From Azolla caroliniana (taxonomy: Eukaryota; Plantae; Polypodiophyta): DNA of 64,000 bases. The translations under genes were made by a program, and so were the position numbers. Position 1 is the stretch's first letter. The number at the start of each line of letters is the position of its first letter. The notes under the pieces were generated by a model. That model was given only the letters and a program-made list of their open reading frames with translations, did no database searches and was not told where the DNA came from. Where the stretch lies: positions 6,510,001-6,574,000 of the forward strand of contig JBHGNT010000016.1 of the NCBI GenBank assembly GCA_043228905.1, written 5' to 3'. Shown one piece after another: positions 13,708 through 25,156 of the stretch.

Positions 13708-15128
13708 ACGGGGAGTGGCTGCAGATTGGGGGATTCTTAAGGACGATGATGCAGGACGCGTCATGGACAAAGGACGAGGCCAACCGGATCCGGAAGAAAG
13801 CGTACCAATTCTTTCTCCGGGACGGATACTTGTGGAAGCACCCGAAGAAGAGAAACGGCATCCCGCTCCGAGTAGTGGCGATGGAGGAGGAACAGGAGGA
13901 GTTGCTGAAGGCCTACCACGACAGCCCCTGGGCTGGACACCGTGGGACGTGGGCCACGATCGAGAAACTAAAGGGGAAGTACTGGTGGCCGGGACTGTAC
14001 CGGGACGTGCATCGGTTCGTGACAACTTGTGAGAGTTGTCAGATACACTCCATAGTCCGACATCGGGACGAACTTCACCCTACATACCCTCCGGCCATCC
14101 ACTTCAAATGGATGGTAGATTTGGTGACGATGCTGATGGGCGTAGGGCAAATGCGATATCTGGTGCTGGCCCGGGAGGACCTGACGAACCATGTGGAAGG
14201 CTGAGCCCTGTAGAACAAAATGACCGCGACCGTGTGTCGGTTCCTGATCGAGGATGTGATATGCCGGTACGGGTGCGTCGGGAAGATCGTGGCTGACCGC
14301 GGGGAGTTGGATGCCGAAGAGGCCGAGGAGCTGTTCGACCGGTTAGGGGTCAAGCTCTCGCTCACCACAGCGTACAATCCGGAGGCGAACGGGGAGGTGG
14401 AGCACGGACACGGACCGATCGTCAAAGCGCTAGTCCGGGCGTGCGGAGGCCAGGTCGGGAACTGACCACGACTGTTACCTTATGCCTTGTGGGCGGATCG
14501 GACAACGCACAGTTCGGTAATCGGGTTCATGCCATCAGAGCTCATGTTCGGACAGAAGCCGATCATGCCGATGGAACAGACGATCTCCTCTTGGGCGACA
14601 GTGGACTGGAGAGACGAGATGAGCCGGGAAGAACTGCTAGCGGCGCGTATACGGCAGCTCGAGCGGAGGCCAGAGGACGTGGAACGAGCGACGGAGAGAC
14701 TTTGGACGGCGAGGATGAGGAACAAAGCCCGGTTCGACCGGACGCACCGGCTCAGACCAAAGAAAATCGAGGAAGGCGGTTGGGTGTTAGTCTACGACAG
14801 CAGCCTCGACAACCAGCACCGGGCAACACGGAAGTTTGCAAAGCGGTGGTTCGGGCCTTACATGGTAACGAACGCCAACGACAACGGGACGTATCACCTG
14901 GCGGAACTCGACGGTACGAGGATGGCGATACCGGTAGCAGGGAAGCGGATCAAGCGTTCAAGAAGCACCACGATGGCGAACCGGATCTAAGAGGCCCGAA
15001 CAACGATGAAGCACAGTCCGAAACGGAGGACAAACCGATGGACGAGGAACCGGAACCCGGACCGGTTTTCTCCAACAAGAACCCATTTTTGGCGCATACC
15101 GGTGGATGCGCGGTTAGGTGGGGGCGGA

Positions 15129-15758
15129 TGTCGTGAAGAAAACCATCCCTTAGCGTAATTGGTGCATAGCACGCGTGAATCGGCTCTTCACGCGTGCGCG
15201 CCCTTTAATGTATATAATAGAGAATTAGGTACAAAGGTATATCCTAGGTAGTTAGATTCGGTAGGTAGGATGTTAATGAGGGAAACGGCTCCCTTCTTGA
15301 AGCTATAAAAGAGAGGGAGACGCGGGGAGAAGGGGGGCATTATTTTTATTGAGGAGGACGAAGTGCTGTCAGACCGAAACCGAACGCTTCTCCTCTGTTC
15401 GTTCTCCATCTCTCTTCTTTGCAGGTTTTCGGGAGGCTCGCGCTGCTTCGAGGAACGCCCTTGTGCTTCCAACAACACCTCCATCCTATCCCCTTTCGTG
15501 CGCAGATGAGCAGGCACCGGCATTTGTTCGCCTGCCTGTTCAGTTGTAACCGCTCGCGTACTCTGTTGTTTATTTGTCATTCATTAATATACAAACATTC
15601 GTGTCTTCTACGTTGACAGGGCCGTGTCCCTGTGTTTCTTTGCTCATACGTAACCGAGCGTCTCTCTCTTTCTCTTTCCCCTTCTATCAACTGCTCTTTG
15701 GTTCAAGACCCCGGTGGTCCCGCCTCGTTTCTCCACGCACGCGCGTAGTAACGCGACA
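15129..15758 (+). repeat. 3' LTR of element B
   Basis: TGTCGTGAAG...ACGCGACA, TATA-like CTATAAAA, preceded by purine-rich tract; followed by ACGC. Confidence 0.85.
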
Positions 15759-18700
15759 ACGCGCACGCTCCCAAGAACCTCCGAACCTCCGTGACCGAGC
15801 TGCAGTCGTTCTTCATCGCAGCGATGGCTTCCACCTTAGCCGGAGACGGTTTCCGGCCGTATGGCCCGCATAGGTGTCCTACGACCATGATCTCTGATTG
15901 CCCGAAGGCCGACTTTCCCCCGGAGAAGGTGAGCCTCGCTCCCTCCAACCTCTGCAGCACCTTCTCGCAGTCGTCGATGTGCGTCGCCACGAATTTCCGG
16001 CATCCGTCCGGTCCGATCGTCTCGTCCCTTTTCTCCACCGGGCATCCCTTGATCGGGACGTCGTCCAAAAACGGCATGGTGATGTCCGGGATACAATCCC
16101 TCAGCACTTTGTTCATTGCATTCACCACGTGAGCCACCGAGTTCGTCCCTCCTTGTGGAGGGTACACATCTATACTAGGCCGAGAGGAGTTCGCATTGTC
16201 GTGATGTCTCTGCTCTCTACGGCAAGCTGGAACTGATCGTACCCCGAGTAGAGATCACCGACCGAGTAAATCGACCTTCCGGCGAAGGCCTCCGCGAACT
16301 CGTCTATTGTCGGTCTGATTCCTGCGTTTCGAATAGTCACCTTGTTGACCTGCTGCAGGTCTTGAATAAAGCGCAACGTGCCGTCCTTCTTCGGCACGGT
16401 AAACCACCGATTCGAGTATGGGGCACTCGACAGTTCGAGGATTCCCATCTTGACCTTCTGCTTTAACAAATCCATCAACTTCGGGATGTGAGCTCTGGGT
16501 ACTGGAATCGGTTTGAGACTCCACGGCACATGCGGTACCGTGAATATCACCATCGGTTCCACGACTGTCGGGTCTACGCACCCGATCTCCTCCGGTGAGA
16601 ATGCGAAAGCCTTCCTGTGCCTTCCGAGCATTCCCCGAAAACGGTCCTCTTCCGCCAGCAGTAGGAAGCCGCCCCCACCGATTTTGAGCTCGCGCAGTGT
16701 TATGTCAGTGAACATGTGTCCTATGCGGGCCGGATTTCGTAAACTCGGGTCCGACGCAACCCCCTTTATTCGCAACTCGCTGCCCTCCGGCAAGGGAGCC
16801 GCGACTAGCCTCACCTTCCGGTCCACAGTCTTGTACCTCGTGTCCACCCGGGCTGTTCGATCTGACTCGAGCCCTTTACTGAAGTCGGCGATGACTTCGT
16901 ACATCCTTTCCGAACATGCCAGAATCGTCCGGTCCTCTTGAAGGACTCCTCCGACTACCTCTCGCAGCTCCCCCAAGGTATTGTCGAAAGAGACCACCTC
17001 CACGGCTCCGTTGATTTCCTCTCCGAGGCCGAGGATACCACATGCCCGAAGTCGCTCCTCTGCCCTTTTCTTCTTCCGTCCAACAACGTCGACTATCGTA
17101 CCCCCTCCATTGTCGGAGAACCAAAATTTCCTACTTATAGTACATGTTTTCTCCGCTATCGTACATTTGTGGGGTTTTCCCGGAGTGTCTGGACTATCGC
17201 GGCCCCACGCCTTGATAGCCCTCTCTAAAAATCCTCTCGGTTTTCGCCCCCGAGGGTCTTGCGGTTCCGCTCATGGTTCGGTCTCACCGTCAGGAACTGG
17301 ACCGAGTGACGTCCATCCTGGCTCTTGACCCTTGCATAGGCCGAGCCGTTGTCCAACACCTTGGTCTCCATCCGTGCTGCCGTGATGTACGGTTCTCCTA
17401 GTGTAACCGGATGTGAGGATGTCTCCTACACGAAGAAGTGCTCGTCAATCTCGACATCGCCGATCTTTACTCGTACATTCGGGCAGGCTCCATGCAGTTC
17501 TTCGGTGGCACGCGTCGCTGCCCGTATCTTCCACCCGTGCTTGGTGTTGATCGGCCATTTCCCCTTCTTATAGAAGTCCATGGACATCAAATTGATTTCT
17601 GAACCGTGGTCCACCAACGCCATCACCGGTTCATGAACATCTCTGATCTTCACGGGGGTCTCCGTGGTCGCTCTGGCCCAGTGCGGCCTCGAATAGTGGC
17701 TCTCCGCCAACTCGTCTTCCAGCGCCATGTCCTCTATGTGTGTCGTCCGCACCTCCATTGGCTTCTCCGGTTCTGTCTCCGTCGACAGCCTCTTCCTCTT
17801 CACCAAGTCTACGATGGAGTCATGGAACTCCTTCTTGGCGATCTCGAGCACTTCCCTCAGCGACAGTTCCACCTTGCTGTCGAGGATTCGTTCTTCCAGG
17901 ACCTTTCGTAGGTCCGTGGATCTTTCGATTTCTCTGCCTAATCGGTACCCGCCCTTCTTGGGATTATCCTGGGCGCCGAGTACACCGGCCTCATTCCGCC
18001 TTTGCCCGAATCGATTTTCATATCGCTGCGAGGGCCTGGCCCCTCCGGTTTTCCCTACCCGCTTGTCCTCTACCAGAGCCTCGTAGTTTTGACAAGCGGC
18101 TTCGACGAAGCCCGTCTTTTCTTCCACCGGGTCACTCCACCCGGTTACCTCTCGGACCTGTTTTTCCGCGCGGTCCACCTCTTCTTTCCTTAGCCGCGCG
18201 CCGTCGAGGCCTTCCAGTACCGTCGGCCAGAACCCGGCTTTGTTCGTCTTCGGGGCCTCGCCACCTCCGACCCAAATACCAGCTGACGCTGAATAGTGGA
18301 CGGTCTCTGCGTGACGAGCCGTCGCCTCCTCCATCAGCCTTTTCATACCCCCTTGCCCGACGTTCAGGTTCAGGGCCTTTCGGGTCTCGCTGGCGTGCAC
18401 CCGAGCGTTCCACAAGTACACCACGTTGCTTCTCATCGCCTCGGCGAAGTCCCCGCAATCCTTCTGGATGTGCCCAACCGCGTCACACCACATGCACCTG
18501 TTTTCAGCCAGAGGTCGTCGGTCACGGGCCTGTTCGCCACCATCCCTCCGCGCCTGGGCGATCTGGAGATCCTTTACCATCTGCGTCAGCTCCTCCAGCC
18601 CTTGACCATGCCGGTTGAAGCCGACCCGGTCTCGAGCCAATCTCGGGTCTCTTCCCTTCGTGTTGGTGGTGTTGGCTCGAGCTTCTTTGCTGCGACAGAG

Positions 18701-19332
18701 CCCGCCCCTGTTGATCCTTTGTCAACCCATTCCCGCCGTTTGTCGAAACGGCCATAGACCCTTTTCACCACGGCCTAGTCGGCCATCAGCCCGTCATCAG
18801 TCTCTAATAGGAGACCTACCTGCTCCCGATCCCGATCGTCAACCGACTTAACAAACAATAGGACACGGCTTGTGTCCAGAACGGTCCGGTCAAGCACCGA
18901 GAGCCGCGCGAAGCGTTCCTCAAACTCCCGAAGGAGCACTGTTGCGTTCCTTCCTTTGTCGGGGGTCTCCACCCACTCCATGAAGTCCCACTTCGAAAGT
19001 CGAAGTGCATCTTTAAGCCCGTATCTTTCGAGGAGCTAACCTTCGAACTCCTCCCAGGTCCGACTCTCGGCCCGTACCTCGAGCACCTCCGTATGGATAC
19101 CCGGCATTGCCACTCGAGGGAATCCGGCTAGATGCCTCTCTTCCAGAATGTCCCTCATTACCATCTCAGCCCGGTAGGACGCCAAGTAGCTCGTGGCATC
19201 CTTCCCACTAAACCGGCCGATCGTACAGACAACCGCCTCGATAGCCCTATCAAGGGCGCCGGTGCCTTCGCGCGCACTCACTATACGGTCTACAGCCGAA
19301 GCCATGGCTTCTGCAAGGTCCGACCCCCTCAT
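15759..19332 (-). pseudogene. gag-protease-RT of element A, interrupted by stops and truncated in RT
   Basis: Zinc knuckle CMWCDAVGHIQKDC, protease LVDHGSEINLM, RT GDLYSGYDQF...FLDD, ends at RRFLGACA. Confidence 0.9.
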
Positions 19333-19353
19333 CTTCTACTCCTTTGCCGCCTG

Positions 19354-19371
19354 TTCACGTCGGGTTCACCA
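19354..19371 (-). promoter_or_regulatory. Primer-binding site, 18 nt, tRNA-Trp
   Basis: + strand TTCACGTCGGGTTCACCA equals the recalled 3' end of plant cytosolic tRNA-Trp including CCA. Confidence 0.85.
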
Positions 19372-19375
19372 AATA

Positions 19376-20061
19376 TGTCGCGTTGTTACGCGCGTGCGTG
19401 GAGAACAGGGCGGGACCACTGGGGTCTTGGACCGAGGAATAGGTGGGGAAAAGAGAGAGAGGGAGAGAGAGACACGCTCACACACGGATAGACAAAGAAG
19501 CGCACGGGAACGCAACCCGATCAACACAAGCGACACAAGTTGGGCTGGAGATAGAGTATAAGAACGCGTATATAAATATATGTATGCAGATGACTCGAAC
19601 GGTTACAACCAATCAGGTCGGCGAGACGGGTGTCGACGCCTGATCACCCACGCACATAGGGGAGCAAGATGGAGATTCTGCCAGAAGCACACGGGCGTTC
19701 CACGGAGCAGAATCAGCCTCTCGAGAACTTGCGCAAAGAAAGCTTATGGAGAACAGTAGAGGAGAAGAGCTCGGTCCCAGTCCGACAGCACTTCGTCCCC
19801 TCTAGTGCGTGATGCCCTTCTCCCCCCATCTCCCTCTCCTTTATAGCTCAAGGAGGGAGGCCATTCACCCGTTCACATCGCATTAATTCTCTGTCCTTTC
19901 GGATAGAGATACTCCTCGATTTCCCCTATAGAATATTGCTACCTAGGATTTAACCTTTCTGCCTACCTATCTACTATACAACAAGGGGCGTGCCCACGTG
20001 TAAGGGCCGGTTTACACACACTATACACGGTTTGCGCCTGGGGACGGTTTTCTTCATGACA
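19376..20061 (-). repeat. 5' LTR of element A (686 bp)
   Basis: TGTCGCG...CATGACA, adjacent to PBS, direct repeat of 10938-11489. Confidence 0.9.
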
Positions 20062-23037
20062 ACGTAGGTTGCCACGAGTTGAGAAAGCAAAAGAGTGCTT
20101 CGGTGTATAATAGAAATAAGGATGGAGCTAGTGGGCATCCCTATCATACAGATCGGGATATTCGGAAAAAGGGGCCCCTTTCACCTGCCAGTGACACGCA
20201 ACTACTGTCGTTCCTATAAAGTCCTGCAATGCCTTTGATCCATGTCTCTTGAAAGTCGAGTTTCCCCATCACACTTTCTAGAAAGTTCTAACATACCTTG
20301 TCATATGCTTTCTCAAAATCTAGTAGCACCACTATTACCATGTTGTTGGTACGCTTGGCAAGGGCTACTGCTTCCTAGAACGGGAAGAGGTTGTCTAGGA
20401 TGCTCTGATTTCTAATGAACCCTATCTAGGACGGATGAATGAGTTGAGGGAGAAGTGGTGTTAAACGACGTGCCACGATTTCTGTGAGCAACTTATAGAC
20501 AATATTGAGAAGAGTTATGGGCCGCCACTTGCTAATGTCGTTGGCACTCCCACCACCTTTAGGAATGAGATGTATCATCCCCTATCAAAATTCCTCCAAC
20601 ATGCTTCCAAAGGTGATGATATCCTCATCTTCCTGGAGGAGGTCTTCTTTAATAGTGTCCCAAAGGCATGTGAAGAAGTGCGGGGTGAGGCCGTCAATTC
20701 CGGGGCGACTATCGGCATCCAAATAAGAGAGGGCCTCCCATATCTCGATGATTGATAGGGGACACATGAGCCATGTATTCATTTCCGTCGTGACTTTCTT
20801 GGGTATGCTTTGGAGGATAATATCTTCTCTTATGTCTTCCCCTGTAGCCATAGTATCTTCGGTAAGTAGGCCGTTATAATAACTTGTGGCAATATTCCTC
20901 ATTTCGCCACCATCCTTAGTGGTCGTTCCATCCTCTTGGTTGAGGTTGCGCATCATTGTTCTAGCGTGCCTCGGGCCTTTGGAGCGGAAGAATTCCTAAG
21001 TTCGTGTTTTTGTCCCCTACTCGAATCCATCACGTCAGGCTTCCATGAAACTCCATGTCATATATTTCCTTTTCCGCCATGCTGAGTTCATGTTTGGCCA
21101 TGGCGACTTGTCCTACGATCCAACTACATGATGGGTATCTCTGTTGGAGTCGTTGTAAGGCTATTAGTCCCTGTTTTGTCCTCTGTCGCTTCTCCTGAGC
21201 ATCCTTGATTCTGGTCTTGACAATCTCATGTACGAGAGTTGAGGCTCTTGTTAATTTAGCTAGAAGTTTGTCAGATGTTGAAGAGTCATTGACGGGTAAT
21301 AACCATTGGTTGGAGAGTTGTTCCTTCACCTCTATAAATGTGTCAATAGTGTGTGGGATGCAAGTTTGGAATGGGCCCCATTTTCGGTGCAATTGAAAAT
21401 GACCAACTACCGGGTAATGGTCAGAGAAAGTCGTGCCTGCAGTTATGCGACACCACCCTCCCTTCGCTTCTAGAGCCTCGCCCACGTAAATGCGGTCAAT
21501 GTGAGATAGGGTGGGTCCACTATTCCACCCGTCTGAACGGGAGAATAAGAGAGAATCCCTTTTTCGTTGCAAGGTGTTAGAATGCCAAATGTCTCGCAGG
21601 TTAAGGTGTACACATAGCTTTTCCCATTGTTTACGTTCCCTTCCTTGTAGAACTATGGGGCTGTTGTTGGAGCTATCGTGAATGGATTCGATCATATTAA
21701 AATCCCCTCCAATGCACCACTCTTCGGCACCCGCTACTTGTAGGCGGATGCGGTCCCAGAATGTTGCCCTTTCTGTTCTGCTATTTGGAGACTAAACATT
21801 CATGAAATTCCAACATTGCCCTTGGATGGCCAACATGCAAAAATGTGCCCTACCAGGTATAACTGATTCCTGGTTTATTAAGCCTTGGGCTAGATGTTCC
21901 CAAATCAAAGTGCAAATACCACCATGATTTCCATCCTCCCCTATTGCTGGCTCCCAAATTGTTTGCCATAATCCTGGTAGAAGGTCTCTGACTTCCTTTA
22001 ACTGCGTGTTATTGAGGTGGTGTTCCTACAACATGATGATGTCAGCAACACTCCCTAATAAATATTCTTCAAGATCCCTTCTCAGTTTCCATCTGTTTTG
22101 TTGATCTAGTTGACTTCTGGGCCCTTGCACGTTCCATGTTACAATCTTCATACTCATGGAATGTGGTGGGAGATTGCTAGTTGATCCTGGTGCTTTGCAC
22201 AACAGGTTGTGAGTGAGTGGCCAGGGATGGAATGCTGGTCCAAAAACAGGCTGCTTGACTGCATAATGTATCTTTGACCTTGGACTTGGACCAGTCCTCT
22301 TGTGCCGGAAGCAAGAGTGGAAAAGAAATTGAGGTCATCGATACTCCATTCTTGTGTACCACCGATACATGTACCCTTATTTTATCCACCATTGTATGCC
22401 CTATACCTAGCCACTTCAGGGCATTTTGCGGGTGTGGTTCAAGGTCCTGGCTAGATGTAACACACTCATTTATGGATGGGAAGGCTATGATCTGAGGCGT
22501 GATATTCAAACTACTGCCTTTCTTTGTTGTTTCTCCATTGGGCGTAGTTCCGTTAAAGCTTCACATTAGGGTCTTAACATGACTTATCCTTCGCCGCTTC
22601 CCTGTTTTGTAAACTTTAATGAGGATATTCTCTTGTGTGTTTGGAGTCACCTTGGGTCTTTCCTTGGGGCTTATGAAAGCACTAGGGGAGTGCTCATCTG
22701 TGGGGGGGAGCTCTTGTAGTAGATCAAAACGATTGGGGCTCACTGGCGATGGAGGATTTTGCGACTGTGGAGTTTTAGGTAGGACATGGGATTTCCCCAC
22801 CACTCGCCATTCCATCACAGCCTTATCGGGGTGTGGTGGGGGAGGCTTTTGATTTCCTATGGTATCCCGACCATTCAATGTCTCCATGGTGGGATCCTTA
22901 ATGCGTCTCGTGGGGCAATTCTTTTTTAAATGATTGGAAGCTTTTTGCATGCAAAACATTGTTACGGTGCGCTGATCACTTCAATGCGTTGTTCAATCTG
23001 TATTCCGTTTTCCCCTGGAATGAGGATCTTGTGTGAA
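20062..23037 (-). mobile_element. L1-type LINE, ORF1 3' end plus ORF2 APE endonuclease and RT N-half
   Basis: ORF2 start MSMKIVTWNVQG at 22157; IGGDFN, SHIDRIY, SDHYPV; PGIDGLTPHFF; frameshifted ORF1 zinc knuckle near 22920-22960. Confidence 0.85.
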
Positions 23038-24317
23038 TGTTAAGGTGCGGAAGCGTTAGATAGAACTGGCTCAGCCAGGTAGCAATAGAGAATAAGATGA
23101 AGGTTTAATGGAGAACTTAATACACAGAGAATACGTGTGGGAGAGACAGAGAGAGTAGAACATACACTTAATTCAAAATAACACTCTAAAACTCTGTAAC
23201 TCTATACATACAACGTGCTAAACAACACTATTTATACAAGTCCATAAAGGACTGACAGAAGTACTGACAAGTACTTCAATATTCCTACATGTGACTGATA
23301 CTAACTACGAGAGAATGATTACCTAGTAGTCTAGGCTACTACTAGGCTTCCGATTATCGCTCTGATTCGGCTACCCGGTTCACCGGCTTAGTCTCGCTCA
23401 TCGGCTCACTGATCCGGCTCAGGCTTATTCAGCTGATCCGGATCTGGTTGAGCTTGCCCCTCAACACTCCTCCTCAAGTTCAACTTGAGGTCGGATCGTG
23501 GTGTCAGTGTTCGTGGCAGCCGGTTCTTCTATGCGGTTCCTTTTGGCGTTGCTCCGCCTTGCTTGTGCTCCTCGTTCGGTCCGGTCCTATTTGCCGCAAC
23601 CCTTCTAGTTCTACGCACCGCGAACTCCTCGGCCGACTTGTCTGCTCAACAGGCCCATTTCAGCTCCATCGCTATTGCGATTCCAGCGCTTGTCGACCCA
23701 TCGATTGCTTCGTGTTGGTGTCGACTTCAACTACGTCTGTGTCCGTTTGGTATTTAGTTGATCCAGCTTCTCCAAATCTTGAACCGAATCGATTTCCTTT
23801 GATTCGTTCCAGCTATTGTCCGAATCGATCGCTCCCGATTTGTTCCGGCTCTTGTTTGAGTCGGTGTTCTCCAACTCGTCTTGCGGTTTTAGGCCCTTCA
23901 CCACATTAGACCATGTCCGGGTCTTGGCCTTCTCCTTCTGGTCGGCTTTGTCCTTCTTGACTTTGCGACCGCTACCGCTCGTTCCGACTTGTTTAGATGT
24001 GCTGCCTTCTTTCGTCGACTTGACTTCCTTTTTCCCTTTGTCTCCCCCTTTGTTGGTTCTTTCTTCCTGTTCGGTTCCTTGTCCAATGCCATCCGTTCCC
24101 TTTCCTTCTCTCCCCCTCAAGTGCGGCACGTCAAAATGTTGAACACCAAGCATTTCAGTGAAGTGCTGCAACTTGTCCGATCCAAGCGGTTTGGTGAAGA
24201 TATCGGCAACTTGCCGATCCGTCTGAACATACCGAAGTTCAACTTCACCGCTCAAAACCTGCTCACGCATAAAGTGATAGTGGACATCTATGTGCCTCGT
24301 TCGAGCATGTAACATGG
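23038..24317 (-). mobile_element. Ty1/copia 3' end: RNase H tail, PPT, 3' LTR (23038-23466)
   Basis: HARTRHIDVHYHF...QVADIFTKPL; purine tract 23467-23478 on minus strand; LTR TG..CA 429 bp. Confidence 0.85.
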
Positions 24318-24519
24318 TGTCGTGAAGAAAAACCGTCCCTAGGAAGAATCAGTGAATAGAGAGCGTGAACCGGCCCTTACACATGGGCACATGTTTTGAT
24401 ATGTTGTACATAGTTAGGCATAGGTCAGTGATGTGAATATCCTATGCAGTGCGTATTCATTAGGTAGGGAATCGAGGAGTATCTCTATCCAAAAGGATAG
24501 AGAATAAAGGTGATGTAAT

Positions 24520-24793
24520 TGCTAGGAAATAGGTCCCTCTAGATGCGAAGTGAGAAGAATAGTACTGATGGAAACCGGATGACGAGTACCCGGCTACGGA
24601 GAGCCGGATGGTGCAGACCCGGTGAGAACCGGATGAATAGACATATTTGTAAATATGTTTCTGAGAGTCCATCGTGGCTATATTTGTAAATAGCTGAAAA
24701 GTCATATTAGTATAAATGTGACTTAGGGCAAACTTATGATTGTTGTTGTCATTCTTGTTTGTGCAAGAAAAGAGAGCGCGTAATAGTGTACAC

Positions 24794-24857
<64 letters not shown>

Positions 24858-25126
24858 GTCGTTGCCTTTGTTGTAACCGCCGACTGTGGCGAAGATCGTG
24901 AGCACGAGGTCGTTGCCTCTGTGAGCTCACTATTGTACATTCTAACATAGTGATAGTTTGCAGCTTGTGGGCTGCCGTGGTTTTTTCCCTAGTTTGGGTT
25001 TTCCACGTAAACATCCTGTGTACTCTTCTCTTCTTTGTGTCGTGCATTCTTTCCCCATTTTTCTGTGTATGATTCTAGGCTCGGCTATGGCCGAGCGGTG
25101 CGCATAGGGAGCGTGAGTTCCTGTCA
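24520..25126 (+). repeat. Copia LTR1
   Basis: TGCTAGG...CCTGTCA; one 54-bp unit; long (GA)n. Confidence 0.9.
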
Positions 25127-25156
25127 AAGTGGTATCAGAGCGAAACGACACAGAAA

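Larger units (their letters stand above)
11488..15758 (+). mobile_element. Ty3/gypsy element B (same lineage, opposite orientation): RT C-half, RNase H, integrase, PPT, 3' LTR
   Basis: ORF 11516..12709 (FLDD, RNase H RFGAKVLSERQRGYAQVKRELWG); integrase HHCC (YHDSPWAGH...CESC) and GPY motif; purine-rich tract before LTR; several stops. Confidence 0.9.
10938..20061 (-). mobile_element. Ty3/gypsy element A (tRNA-Trp lineage), internally rearranged, inserted in the L1 RT
   Basis: Direct LTRs 10938-11489 (truncated) and 19376-20061; 4-bp TSD ACGT at 10934-10937 and 20062-20065. Confidence 0.9.

Noticed and set aside
19354-19371. tRNA-Trp gene
   Set aside because: Only the 3' 18 nt including CCA, next to an LTR: a primer-binding site, not a gene
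24460-25047. 195-aa ORF with SL repeats
   Set aside because: Antisense translation through the LTR (GA)n microsatellite
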